Assembly (NCBI RefSeq): GCF_036365525.1
Contig: NC_090411.1
Location: 26,734,819 to 26,798,818, forward strand
From: Heterodontus francisci
Taxonomy: Eukaryota
Length of the DNA stretch: 64,000 nt
Direction: 5' to 3'
Positions 1 through 15,174 of the stretch are shown here, one piece after another. Position 1 is the stretch's first letter. The number at the start of each line of letters is the position of its first letter. Under the pieces are notes generated by a model. The model was not told the DNA's origin. It did not search any database and saw nothing but the letters and a program-made list of their open reading frames with translations. A program made the position numbers and the translations under genes.

Positions 1-348
1 ATCCCTCTATGCCTTGCTCATTCAAGTACCTGTCCAAATGCCTCTTAAATGTCACTACTGTTCCTGCCTCCACCACCTCCTCAAGCAGCTCATTCCGGAT
101 ACCCACCATTCTTTGTGAAAAATTTACCCCTTTGATCCCCTTTAAACCTCCTCACCTTAAATCTATGCCCTCTAGTTTTAGTTACCCCAACCATGGGAAA
201 CAGACTCTGGCTATCTACCCGATATATGACTCTCATAATTTTATATACCTTTATCATGTCCCCTCTCAGCCTCCTTCGCTCCAGGGAAAACAGACCCAGT
301 TTTCCAATCTCTTTAGAACTCAAGCCCTCAAAACCAGGCAACATCCTT
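1..348 (-). mobile_element. CR1 3' fragment (complete copies at ~25335-25785 and ~52945-53395)
   Basis: Translates to RMLPG...LGLFSLERRRLRGDMIKVYKIM...TRGHRFK, the CR1 ORF2 C-terminus. Confidence 0.8.
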
Positions 349-349
349 G

Positions 350-808
350 TGAAATAAAAACAAGAAATGTTGGAAGTATTCAGCAGGTCTGGCAGCATCT
401 GTGGAGAGAGAAGCAGAGTTAACGTTTTGGGTCAGTGACCCTTCTTCGGAACTGGCAAATATTAGAAATTTGAAAGGTTATAAGCAAGTAAAGTGGGGGT
501 GGGGCAAGAGATAACAAAGGAGAAGGTGTAGATAGGACAAGGCCACAGAATAGCTGAACAGAAGGTCATAGAGCAAAGGCAAACAATATGTTAATGGTGT
601 GTTGAAAGACAAAGCATTAGTACAGATAGAGTGTTAACGGACTGAAAAATTGAACAGCAAGTATAAACATAAAAAAAAACAGTGGGTAAGCAAACTGAAC
701 AAACTAAGATGAAATAAAATAAACATACAAAGAAAAATGTAAAAATTGTAAAAAAAAGAATAACTAAAAGTAAAAGTAAAATGGGGGGCCCGTCATGCTC
801 TGAAATTA
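350..808 (-). mobile_element. Penelope-like element 3'/terminal repeat fragment (copies at ~25786-26243 and ~53395-53852)
   Basis: The minus strand begins ...aatttcagagcatga (NFRA*, a likely ORF end), followed by a T-rich UTR and a hammerhead-like motif at 417-453. Family assignment is from recall, not a search. Confidence 0.6.
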
Positions 809-811
809 TCT

Positions 812-3300
812 GAAATAGATCGAGGTTATTAATATATATATCAGGTACAGCAGGGGTCCTAACATCGAACCATGGGAAACTCCATGACAAACTTTCCTCC
901 AGTCTGAAAAACATCCATTATCACTACTCTCTGTTTCCTATCACTCAGCCAATTTCATATCCATGTTGCTACTGTCCCTTTCATTCCATGAGCTAGAGCT
1001 TTGCTCACGAGTCTGTTTTTTGGCACTCTATCAAATGCTTTTGGAAGGCCATGTACACCACATCAACAGCATTACCCTGATCAACCTTCTCTGTTAACTC
1101 ATCAAAAACTCCAGCAAGTTGTTAACCATAATTTGCCATTCATAAAATAGGCTTTCTATAATTAACCCACATTTGCCCAAGTGACTATAAATTTTATTCC
1201 AAGTTATCATTTCTAAAACCTTCCCAAAACTGATGTTAAACTGACTGGCCCGTAGTTGCTGGGCTTATCTTTACAACCTTTTTTGAACAATGGTGTAACA
1301 TTTGAAATTCTTCAGGCCCCTGGCACCACCCCTGAATCTAAGGAAGACTGGAAAATTATGCCTTTGCAGTTTCCACTCTCACTTCCCTCAGTATCCTTGG
1401 ATGCATCTCATCTGGTCCTGGTGCCTTATCAACTTTAAGTACAGCTAGCCTATCCAATACCACCTCCTTATCAATTTTAAATCATTCAAGTAACTGAATT
1501 ACTTCCTCTTTCATCATGTCCTGTGCAGCATCTTCTTCCTTGGTAAAGAGAGATGCAAAGTATTCATTTAAAACCTCAGCCATGCCCCCTGACTCCATGT
1601 GTAAATCCCCTTTCTGGTCCCTAATTGGCACCACTCCTCCTTTCACCACCCTTTTACTATTTAATATTAATAAGAAGACTTTTGGTTTTCCTTTTATATT
1701 TTCTGCCAGCCTCTTTTCATATTCTCTCTTTGCTTCTCTTATTTGCATGTTTCACTTCCCCTCTGAACATTCCATATTCTGCCTAGTTCTCGGTTGTATT
1801 ATGCATCTGTCATAAACACATTTTTTCTTCTTCATCTTAATCTCTATCTCTTTCATCGTCCAGGGAGCTCTGGATTTGGCTGCCCCACCATTCCCCTTCA
1901 TGGGAATATACCTTGACTGTGCTCAGACTATCCCTTCTTTCAGGCAGCCCATTGTTAAATTATTGTTTTGCCTGCCAACCTTTGATTCCAATTTATCTGG
2001 GTCAGATCCATTCCTAACCCCATTAAAGTTAGCTTTCCCCCAATCATAGAAACATAGAAAATAGGAGCAGGGGTAGGCCATTCGGCCCTTCGAGCCTTCT
2101 CCGCCATTCAAAAAAGATCATGGCTGATCATCTAATTCAGTACCCTGTTCCCACTTTCTCCCCATGTCCCTTGATCCCTCTGGCATTAAGAAATATATCT
2201 ATCTCCTTCTTGAATATAGTTAATGACTTGGCTTCCACTGCCTTCTGCCGTAGAGAATTCCACAGGTTCGCCACCCTCTGCGTGAAGAAATTTCTCCTCA
2301 TCTCGGTTCCAAATGGCATACCCCGTATCCTGAGACTGTGACCCCTGGTTCTGGACTCCCAGTCATCAGGAACAACCTCCCTGCATCTAGCCTGTCTAGT
2401 CCTGTTAGAATTTTATAGGTTTCTATGAGATCTCCTCTCATTCTTCTAAACTCTAGCGAATGTAGGCCTAGTCGACCCAATCTCTCCTCATACGTCAGTC
2501 CTGCCACCCCAGGAATCAGCCTAGTAAATCTTCTTTGCACTCCCTCCATGGCAAGAACATCCTTCCTCAGATAAGGAGACCAAAACTGCCCACAATACTC
2601 CAGATGTGGTCTCATCAAGGCCCTGTATAACTGCAGTAAGACATCCTTGCTCCTGTACTCAGATCCTCTTGCAATGAAGGCCAACATACCATTCGCCTTC
2701 CTAACTGCTTGCTGCACCTGAGTGCTTGCTTTCAGCGACTGGTATACAAGGACACCCAGGTCTCATTGCACCTTCCTCTTTCCCAATCTATCACCATTCA
2801 GATAATAATCTGCCTTTCTGTTTTTACAACCAAAGTGGATAACCTCACATTTATCAACATTGGACAGCATCTGCCATGCATTTGCCCACTCACTCAACTT
2901 GCCAAATCACATTGCAGCCTCTTTGCATCCTCCTCACAGCTCACATTCCTTTCCCGTCTTCCTGTTTCCTACTCTAGTGCAAGTATCTCTTTCAATTCTC
3001 TGTGCATCTTGGTGTTCCTCTGTTCTATTATCTCCTGGTTCCCACGCCCCTGCCAACTTAGTTTAAACCCTTCCCAATAGTACGAGCAAATCACCCAACA
3101 TGGATCCTGTCCCAGTTCTGTTCAAGTGCAACCTGTCCAGCCGCTACAGGTCCCATCTACTCCAGAACTGGTCCCAGTGTCCCAGCAATCTAATGCCCTC
3201 ACTCCTGCGCCATCTTTCCAGCCACACATTCATCTGCTCTATCCTTTATTTCTAGACTCACTTGCGCTTGGTACCAGGAATAATCCAGAGATTACTACGG
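812..3300 (-). mobile_element. Old CR1 LINE upstream of type A with a nested younger CR1 3' part at ~2045-2947 (copies at ~26246-28734 and ~53855-56950)
   Basis: Paralogous to 15395-17665; ORF remnants at 1482-1748 and, for the nested element, 2298-2717 and 2137-2319 with a (TTCTATG)-like tail. Confidence 0.8.
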
Positions 3301-3309
3301 TAACGACCA

Positions 3310-3740
3310 GAGATTACCACTCCTCCTGGCTGGCCTCCCGCAATCTATCCTCCATACACCTGAGGTCATTGAGAACTCCAATGTCCTTGCCCTAATTCAC
3401 TCATCATGCCTATCATCGCTGACACACATTGGCTCCTGGTTAAGCAACACCTCAATTTCAAAAGTCTCATCCTTCTTTTCAAATCCCTTCATTGCCTCTC
3501 CCCTCCATAATGCTGCAATCTCCTCCAGCCCCACAGTCCTCGAGATATCTGCACCCCTCTAATTCTGGCCTTTGTGTATCCCCAATTTTAATCGCTTAAC
3601 TATTGGCGGCTGTACCTTCAGCTGCCAAGAGCCTAAGTTCTGGAATTCTCTTCTTAAACCTTCCCGCCTTTCTACCTCTCTCTCTCTCCTGCTTTGAGAT
3701 GCTCCTGCAAATCAGGCTCTTTGCCCAAACCTTTGTCACC
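3310..3740 (+). mobile_element. L2-clade LINE 3' remnant (paralog at ~17680-18090; repeated in each unit)
   Basis: Degenerate coding for a LAGLP...HWL...FK.LIL.FKSLH..P-like L2 C-terminus. Confidence 0.6.
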
Positions 3741-3784
3741 TCCATTTAGAATCAGCCTCTCCCTCACTTACCTTCAATTGCATC

Positions 3785-4145
3785 AAAATCATGAGGGGCC
3801 TGGACGGAGTAGATAGGAAGAAACTGTTCCCACTCGTGAAAGGATCGAGAATGAGAGGGCACAGATTTCAAAAAATTGGTAAAAGAAACAAAAGTGACAT
3901 GAGGAAAACTTTTTCACGCAGCGTGAGGTTAAGGTTTGGAAAGCACTGCCTGAGAGTGTGGTGGAGGCAGGTTCAATGGAGGCTTTCAAAAGGGAATTAG
4001 ACTGTTATATGAAAAGGAAGAATGTGCAGGGTTACAGGGAGAAGGCGGGGAATGGCATTAGGTGAAATGTTGATTCACAGAGCCGGTAAGACACGATGGG
4101 CCGAATGGCCTCCTCGGTGCTGTAACAATTGTATGATTCTGTGTT
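3785..4145 (+). mobile_element. CR1 3' end remnant (paralog at ~18135-18470; repeated in each unit)
   Basis: MRGLDGVDRKKLFPLVKGSRMRGHRF followed by the gggccgaatggcct...tatgattct tail. Confidence 0.75.
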
Positions 4146-4985
4146 TCTGCATCCTGCTGCTGCTTTCAAGCTGGGAGGCCTCTGATTGGCCCTCCAGCTT
4201 CGACAACCCGCCTGCTGCCCTTAATTAAACGATGAGTCCATCCTCTGGCTATTAATTGTCCTTCCCAGGGAAAATCACAGTGAGTGACTGTTCCCCACAC
4301 AGTGCAGGTTCAGAAGCCCGCAGAGAAATTCCAGCCTTAAAGGTGGAGGCAAACACACTGAAGACTGATTCTGGCCTCAGCTGATGTCCACTCACACGTA
4401 GACATGTGTCCACAAATACACACACTTACACGTGCAAAGTGTGGGCAGGAGGGCGGCAACAGCTCATTAGGCTCTTTGAGGAGCTTGTTAACAGACTGGG
4501 GAAGCTAAGGAAGCAATTTTTAAAGCTTTATCGCCGAACCCAAACAGGATCTTGCACAGCCGTCAGGTCCAAAGCAGGCAGAGGTGAAAGTTCTTTTATT
4601 GGTGATGGCAAATTTCTGGAGCTGGGGGATTTTGTGCAGGATCGTGCACTTGACCGTCCATTTGGCCGTTTCGCCACTTTTGTGCTGGGTGAGGCTGCGG
4701 CCCGGCGAGGAGCTGCCTGCTCTCTTCTATAAGACAGTGGTAGGCGCCATCATGGCTGCCATCTGCAGAATCAGGACCCTGAAATTATCCGGCCTCAGGT
4801 TCCCGAAACCAATTTGAAAATTCAGCCAAAGATTTCACAGCAACAATATCCTAGGAACTGAGCTCAAAAAACTCTCTGACCTGAGCTTTCACAGTTTGCT
4901 TTCAATGCCACCTACTGTTGGTGCAGTGAACACAAAGAAAAATGGTGGCCTGGAAATAACAGTGCAATATTATTGGGTAAACACG

Positions 4986-5352
4986 TTAATTTATTCTTGA
5001 GATGTGAGACTCACTGGCAAGGCCAGCATTTATTGCCCATCTCCAATTGTCCTTGAGAAGGTGCTGGTGGGACTTGTTCTTGAACCACTGTAGTCCACGT
5101 GCTGAAGATTCTCCCATCGTGATGTTCGGAAGGGAGTTCCATGATTTTGATCCAGTGACGATGAGGGAACGGTGATATATGTCCAAGTCGGAATGGTGCG
5201 TGACTCAGAGGGGAACTTGGAGGTGGTGGTGTTCCCATACACCTGCTTCCTTTGTCCTTCTAGCTGGTGGAGATCACATGCTCGGGAGGGGCTGTCGGAG
5301 TAGCCTTGGCGAGTTGCTGCAGTGTATCCTGTAGATAGTGCACACGGCAGCC
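4986..5352 (-). mobile_element. LINE 3' end remnant (paralog at ~19611-19975; repeated in each unit)
   Basis: Minus-strand SWNSLP...LQ.FK...H..LL C-terminal motif and an aataaatgctggccttgccag tail. Confidence 0.6.
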
Positions 5353-6359
5353 CTGGTGGAAATGGACCTTTAGGTTACTTGACGTGTTGTTTTGTCTCTT
5401 AAGTTAATCGATTTATTTTAAATTAGTTCATGACTTCACTAAAGTACAAGACAAAGGAAGATGTTCTTAGTGTAATATTGAACAGTATAATATCCTAAAC
5501 TGCAACCTGGTATTTGAAACAACTATTGAACAAAAGTAACTTGCTTCCACCAATCTGTCTTTGATCATGCCTTTTAACTGACTGGTTATCTTCAATTCTC
5601 CAGGACCATACAGACCACCAATCCACTGTTGAAGGCTGTTTTAGTTTGTTTTATGTAGAGTAGGAGGAGGCTCATGTGGAGCATAATTGCCAGCGTGGAC
5701 CAGTTGGGCCGAGTGGCCAGTTTTTGTGTTGTACATTGGATATAATTCTATGAAAACAGTATCAGAAACTAACTCATTGGAAACATTTTTGACAGTAGAT
5801 GATTGTTGATACAATTAAAGACTGAATATAGGGATAATACAATGGCAGGTACGTGATATGCATCCAGCAACTGATTCCTGGGGAAATTAGACAAGGGGGC
5901 CTGAGGCCTACCATGTAGCTGAGGTACTCAGCACTTTAGGGCATTGCTTTTCAAACTGGCCTCCCTACAACCCAGGGAATCCTCAAGGTGATTGCAGGAG
6001 GTTCTGAATGGGTCACAACGTCATCAGATGTCAACCTATCATCAGATACCTACATTGGTTGACCCACAAGCACATTATTTCTGTTGCTGAATACTCATAG
6101 AAAAATGTTTTCTGCAAATGATGTCTCTATTTTCCAATGGTCTCCCAGCACTGCCATTTAAAAGTTAGGATAGGGAGACCCTCAGAGTAACAAACTAATG
6201 TAACTTTACAGATCTGCGTCAAGATTGCCTTAAAATCTCCCCATAACTGACAAAATGAGGTTCTGGTGTATATTTTATTGCCATTTGTATGTCGGGGCAC
6301 CTTTCAGCATTTGCACTTTTGAGGGAAGTCAAAGATCAAATAAGCTGTTACATCATGGT

Positions 6360-6639
6360 TGAATTGTCAATCAAAGGAGTCTTGCCTTCAACATTCTGAT
6401 TGGCTCCTGGGTCCCAAATCCAACCCTGTGTTGATTGGAATCCTTGGCCATGGCAGCTGTTCAATTGATTAACGATTGGTCGGTCATCATTGATGATGTC
6501 ATTTCCTGCTTAATAAAATGGTGTTGGGGTCCTGGAGAATAAATTCAAGTCCTTTGATAGTGTAGTTTTAGAGCTTTGGTGTTAATGTTAAATTTGTGAT
6601 AGTTTTTTGTTGGTGTAATTTTAAAACTAAATTCTCAAA
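6360..6639 (+). promoter_or_regulatory. Putative proximal promoter and 5' UTR of ferritin A1 (copy at ~31795-32073)
   Basis: Three inverted CCAAT boxes (ATTGG at 6399, 6434, 6475), a TGATGTCA CRE-like motif abutting ATTTCCTG (ETS-like) near 6494-6508, and AATAAA at 6538-6543 at the position of the type-B TATA box. Conserved between A and B types. Confidence 0.55.
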
Positions 6640-11125
<4,486 letters not shown>

Positions 11126-11262
11126 TTTGGCATCACATTACCTAACTATTTGAATGTAGACTACTTTGTCTGTCATGTGCATTTCCAATTGTATGCAGAT
11201 AAAATGTGGCTTTCTGTGTAAAAAGCTGTATCAAAAGAATTGAATTGTTCCACATTACTTGA

Positions 11263-11268
11263 AATAAA
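11263..11268 (+). terminator. Polyadenylation signal of ferritin A1 (equivalents at 23928-23933, 36630-36635, 51521-51526)
   Basis: AATAAA ~140 nt after the stop codon, conserved in all four copies and followed by a T/GT-rich stretch. Confidence 0.7.
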
Positions 11269-12784
11269 ACTATCTTCAATTGATTTTTGTCTGTATGAAG
11301 TTATATACTATCATGCAGACCACTGACACTACTTTTAAGATTTGGCAACTTGTAGCTCAGTCATTTGAAGTCCATTTATTTGCTGTTAACTAGCTGAGCC
11401 AACCAGCAAGTAACAATTGTGAATAGACTGAATCTTCAACTGGGTTCCCCTCCAACTGGGGGAAGGTGAAATCTTCTTGGGCTTTGACTTGCCAATGACT
11501 TCAGCTGTGCCTCTATCACATGTGGTGACACATAAACTCAAATCATCCTGAACAAATTGTTATGGGTTGAAGTACTAGACCCCTGGGGGAGTGGAGGGGA
11601 AGATGTTGAACAAGAATTACTATTCTAGGCCAAAGTGAAATGCTTTTTCTGGCCTTGGGAGGCTACAAATTCAAGGCAACAAGTTACTTTTGCCTTTCCC
11701 GGCCCTTCCTCCCATCGAACACCTCATCTCATTAGGTTGTTTTCTTGCTGTGCTGCAAGAATGTCTGTAAAGTAACTTTTGGGGAAAGAAGGAACAAAAC
11801 CATCTGTTCCCAGTTCCTCATTTGATGCCATCTTCATCTACAGATCTAAGTTGCTTTGTCAGATGGCTAGGAAGTTGTGTCTTCAAGTTATGACAGGTGT
11901 GTAGTTTAGAAGCTCAAGTCAAAACAAATTGACTTGAGCCAAAAGATGTGAGCTGGCTGGACCAAGTTCAGCTCTGTCTCAAACTATCTTGAATTGGACA
12001 GAAAGCCATTCCTCTATTGTTGCTGGGTCAAAGTCTTGGAATTCCTTACCAATGTCTTCAACTTCGATTTGCTGTGCATGGCAGTGCCGAGTCTGTTTTC
12101 AGGTGGATATGCATGCATATATCTTGAAGGGTACGTTGCTTATGTAGAGCCTGTTGGTCCTTGTGTGGCACATTTCTGGTTGCTGTACTGCTTTGAAGGA
12201 CCATTTATCCCCACCTAACATTGTTCAGAAATCTCACTGGAGACAGTAGCAATTCAAGGCAGCTCACCACCACCCTGAAGGGCAACTCAGGCTGGGTAGT
12301 AAATGCCTGTTTTAAAAAAAAAATGAAATCACAGTTGCTATAAATACAGCAGTTTGTGAATTTAAACATAGCAAGCCTAATGTCCTGTAATCTAGTTTGA
12401 AGTATTGAAATAAATTGTCCACTTTTCATTTAGTGGCTGCACTTTCCAAGTTTAAGAATGGTCAATGTCCTGCATTTCTTAGCTTTCCCCATCTTTCAAC
12501 TGTGTACAGATTATCTTACACAGGAGGTAGCTTTCCTGTCATATAAGTCAATGATCTCTTCAGCTAGTTTCCATTGCCTGAAAGGCTCAGAGGAATTTTC
12601 TTTCTCCCCTTCATGGATTTTTATCTGGCGGTCTCTTGCAGGAGATTACATGGTTTCGGGTGGGTGTAGTGTCTGTATTAAGAGCCATGAGAGCACAACT
12701 GTATGGAACAGGCTCAATTGATCGGTTGGTCTCTTCATGGGTACTGGTGAGCCAGACTCACTGACACAAATTAACTATTTATAT

Positions 12785-12921
12785 AATAAAAGCAAAATAT
12801 TGCAGATGCAGGAAATCTGAAATAAAAACAAGAAATGCTGGAAATACTCAGCATATCTGGCAGCATCTGTGGAGAGCGAAGCAGAGTTAACATTTCAGGT
12901 CAGTGACCCTTCTTCAGAACT
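12785..12921 (-). mobile_element. Short Penelope-like terminal fragment (copy at ~38156-38292)
   Basis: Same family as 350-453; ends exactly at the hammerhead-like motif. Confidence 0.6.
12885..12921 (-). ncRNA. Minimal type-I hammerhead ribozyme motif, degenerate (others at 417-453, 25852-25888, 38256-38292, 53461-53497)
   Basis: Minus strand AGTT-CTGAAGA-AGGGTCACTGACCT-GAAA-TGTT-AACT: stem I, CUGANGA core, stem II hairpin, GAAA, minimal stem III. Confidence 0.6.
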
Positions 12922-13137
12922 TAACCACTTATATCATGTGCTAAAGGGCACTTTTCCCCCAACGAGGAGAGAATATTCTAATTGAGACTGAGCCAGTGTT
13001 CTATACAAGTTTAACATAACTTCCTTGCTTCTGTACTCGATGAATGAACCCGAGAATGCTGGATGCTCTATTAACAGCTCTCTCAACCTGTCCTGCCACC
13101 TTTAATGATTTATGCACATATACACCCAGGTCCCTCT

Positions 13138-15170
13138 ATATAATACAATATAGTGCAGAAGAGGCCCTTTAGCCCATCGAGACTGCACCGATGCATTAAA
13201 GATACCTGACCTGTCTACCTAATCCCATTTGCCAAAACTTGGCCCATAGCCTTGAATGTTATGATGTGCCAAGTGCTCATCCAGGTGCTTTTTAAATGAT
13301 GTGAGGCAACACGCCTCTACCACCCTCCCAGGCAGGGCATTCCAGACCGTCACCACCCTCTGGGTAAAAAAGTCCTTTCTCAAATCCCCCTTAAACCTCC
13401 CGCCCCTCACCTTAAAACTTGTGTCCCCTCGTAACTGACCCTTCAACTAAGGGGAACAGCTGCTCCCTATCCACCCTGTCCATGCCCCTCATAATCTTGT
13501 ACACCTCGATCAGGTCACCCCTCAGTCTTCTCTGCTCCAGCAAAAACAACCCAAGCCTATCCAACCTCTCTTCATAGCTTAAATGTTCCATCCCAGGCAA
13601 CATCCTGGTGAATCGCCTCTGCACCCCCTCCAGTGCAATCACATTCTTCCGATAATGTGGCGACCAGAATTGCACACAGTACTCCAGCTGTGGCCTTACC
13701 AAAGTTCTGTACAACTCCAACATGACCTCCCTGCTTTTGTAATCTATTTGTATCCCTATTAACCTGCCCTTCTGCCTTCAGAGATCTATGGACAAACTCG
13801 CCAAGGTCCCTTTGTTCCTTGGAACTTCCCAGTGTCAGGCCATTTATTGAATACTTCCGTGTCACATTACTCCTTCCAAAGTGCATCACCTCACACTTTT
13901 CAGCGTTAAATTCCATCTGCCACTTTTCTGCCCATTTGACCATCCCGTCTATATCTTCCTATAACCCAAGACACTCCACCTCACTGTTAACTACTCGGCC
14001 AATCTTCGTGTCATCCGCGAACTTACTGATCCTACCCCCACATAGTCATCTATGTCGTTTATATAAATGACAAACAATAGGGGACCCAGCACAGATCCCT
14101 GTCGTCCGCCACTGGACACTGGCTTCCAGTCACTAAAACAGCCGTCTGTCATCACTCTCTGTCTCCTACAGCTAAGCCAATTTTGAATCCATCTTATCAA
14201 GTTACCCTGTATCCCATGTGTATTTGCTTTCTTGATAAGTCTCCCATGTGGGACCTTGTCAAAGGCTTTGCTGAAATCCATGTAAACTACATCAACTGCA
14301 CTGCCCTCATCGACACACACGGTCACATGCTCAAAAAATTCAATCAAATTTGTTAGGCATGACCTCCCTTTTGCAAAGCCATGCTGACTATTCCTAATCA
14401 AATTTTGCCTCTCCAAGTGGAGATAGATTCTCTCCTTCAGAATTTTCTCCAATAGTTTCCCAACCACTGACGTGAGACTCACTGGTCTGTAGTTCCCTGG
14501 CTTATCTCTACAAACTTTCTTAAATAGTGGGACCACATTTGCTGTTTTCCAGTCCTCTGGCAGCTCCCCCGTGACCAGAAAGAAATTAAAAATTAGGGTC
14601 AGAGCCCCTGCAATCTCCACCCTCGCCTCCCACAGCATCCTGGGACACAAATCGTCCGGACCTGGAGATTTGTCCACTTTTAAGCCTGCCAAAACCTCCA
14701 ATACCTTGTCACTCCCTATGACAATTTGCTCAAGAACCTCACAGTCTCTCTCTTTGAGTTCCATATCTACATCCACATTCTCTTGGGTGAAGACAGATGT
14801 GAAGTATTCATTCAACACCCTACCAATGTCCTCTGGCTCCACCCACAGATTTCCCCCTTGGTCCCTAATGGGTCCTACGCTTTCCCTTGTTATGCAATGT
14901 GGCTGTCCCTTTTTTATTTCTAAACTCCACCCATAAAGCTTCATTTGATGCCCCCTCCAAGGTATCATCTCTCCTTACTGCAGTAACTGACTCCTTAACT
15001 AATATTTTACCCCTCCTCTGTCTCGCCTGAAGATTCTATATCCCGGGATATTGAGCTGCCAATCCTGCCCCTCCCTCAACCATGTCTCTTTCGGTGATGG
15101 CTACTATATCACAATTCCACATGTCAATCCTTGCCCTTAACTCATATGTTTTACCTGTAATACTCCTGCA
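13138..15170 (-). mobile_element. Degenerate CR1 LINE with internal deletions
   Basis: RT fragments at 13991-14968, 13572-13943, 13412-13723 and 13219-13446 in shifting frames. Confidence 0.88.
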
Positions 15171-15174
15171 CCCC

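Noticed and set aside
4956-4975. aataacagtgcaatattatt as an IRE
   Set aside because: No 5-bp stem directly closes the loop, there is no C bulge, and it lies 1.7 kb upstream of the ATG beside a LINE tail.
6376-6407. ggagtcttgccttcaacattctgattggctcc resembles a decayed ferritin IRE
   Set aside because: There is no CAGUGN loop, it is ~150 nt upstream of the TATA position, and ctgattgg is better explained as an inverted CCAAT box. A relic origin cannot be excluded.
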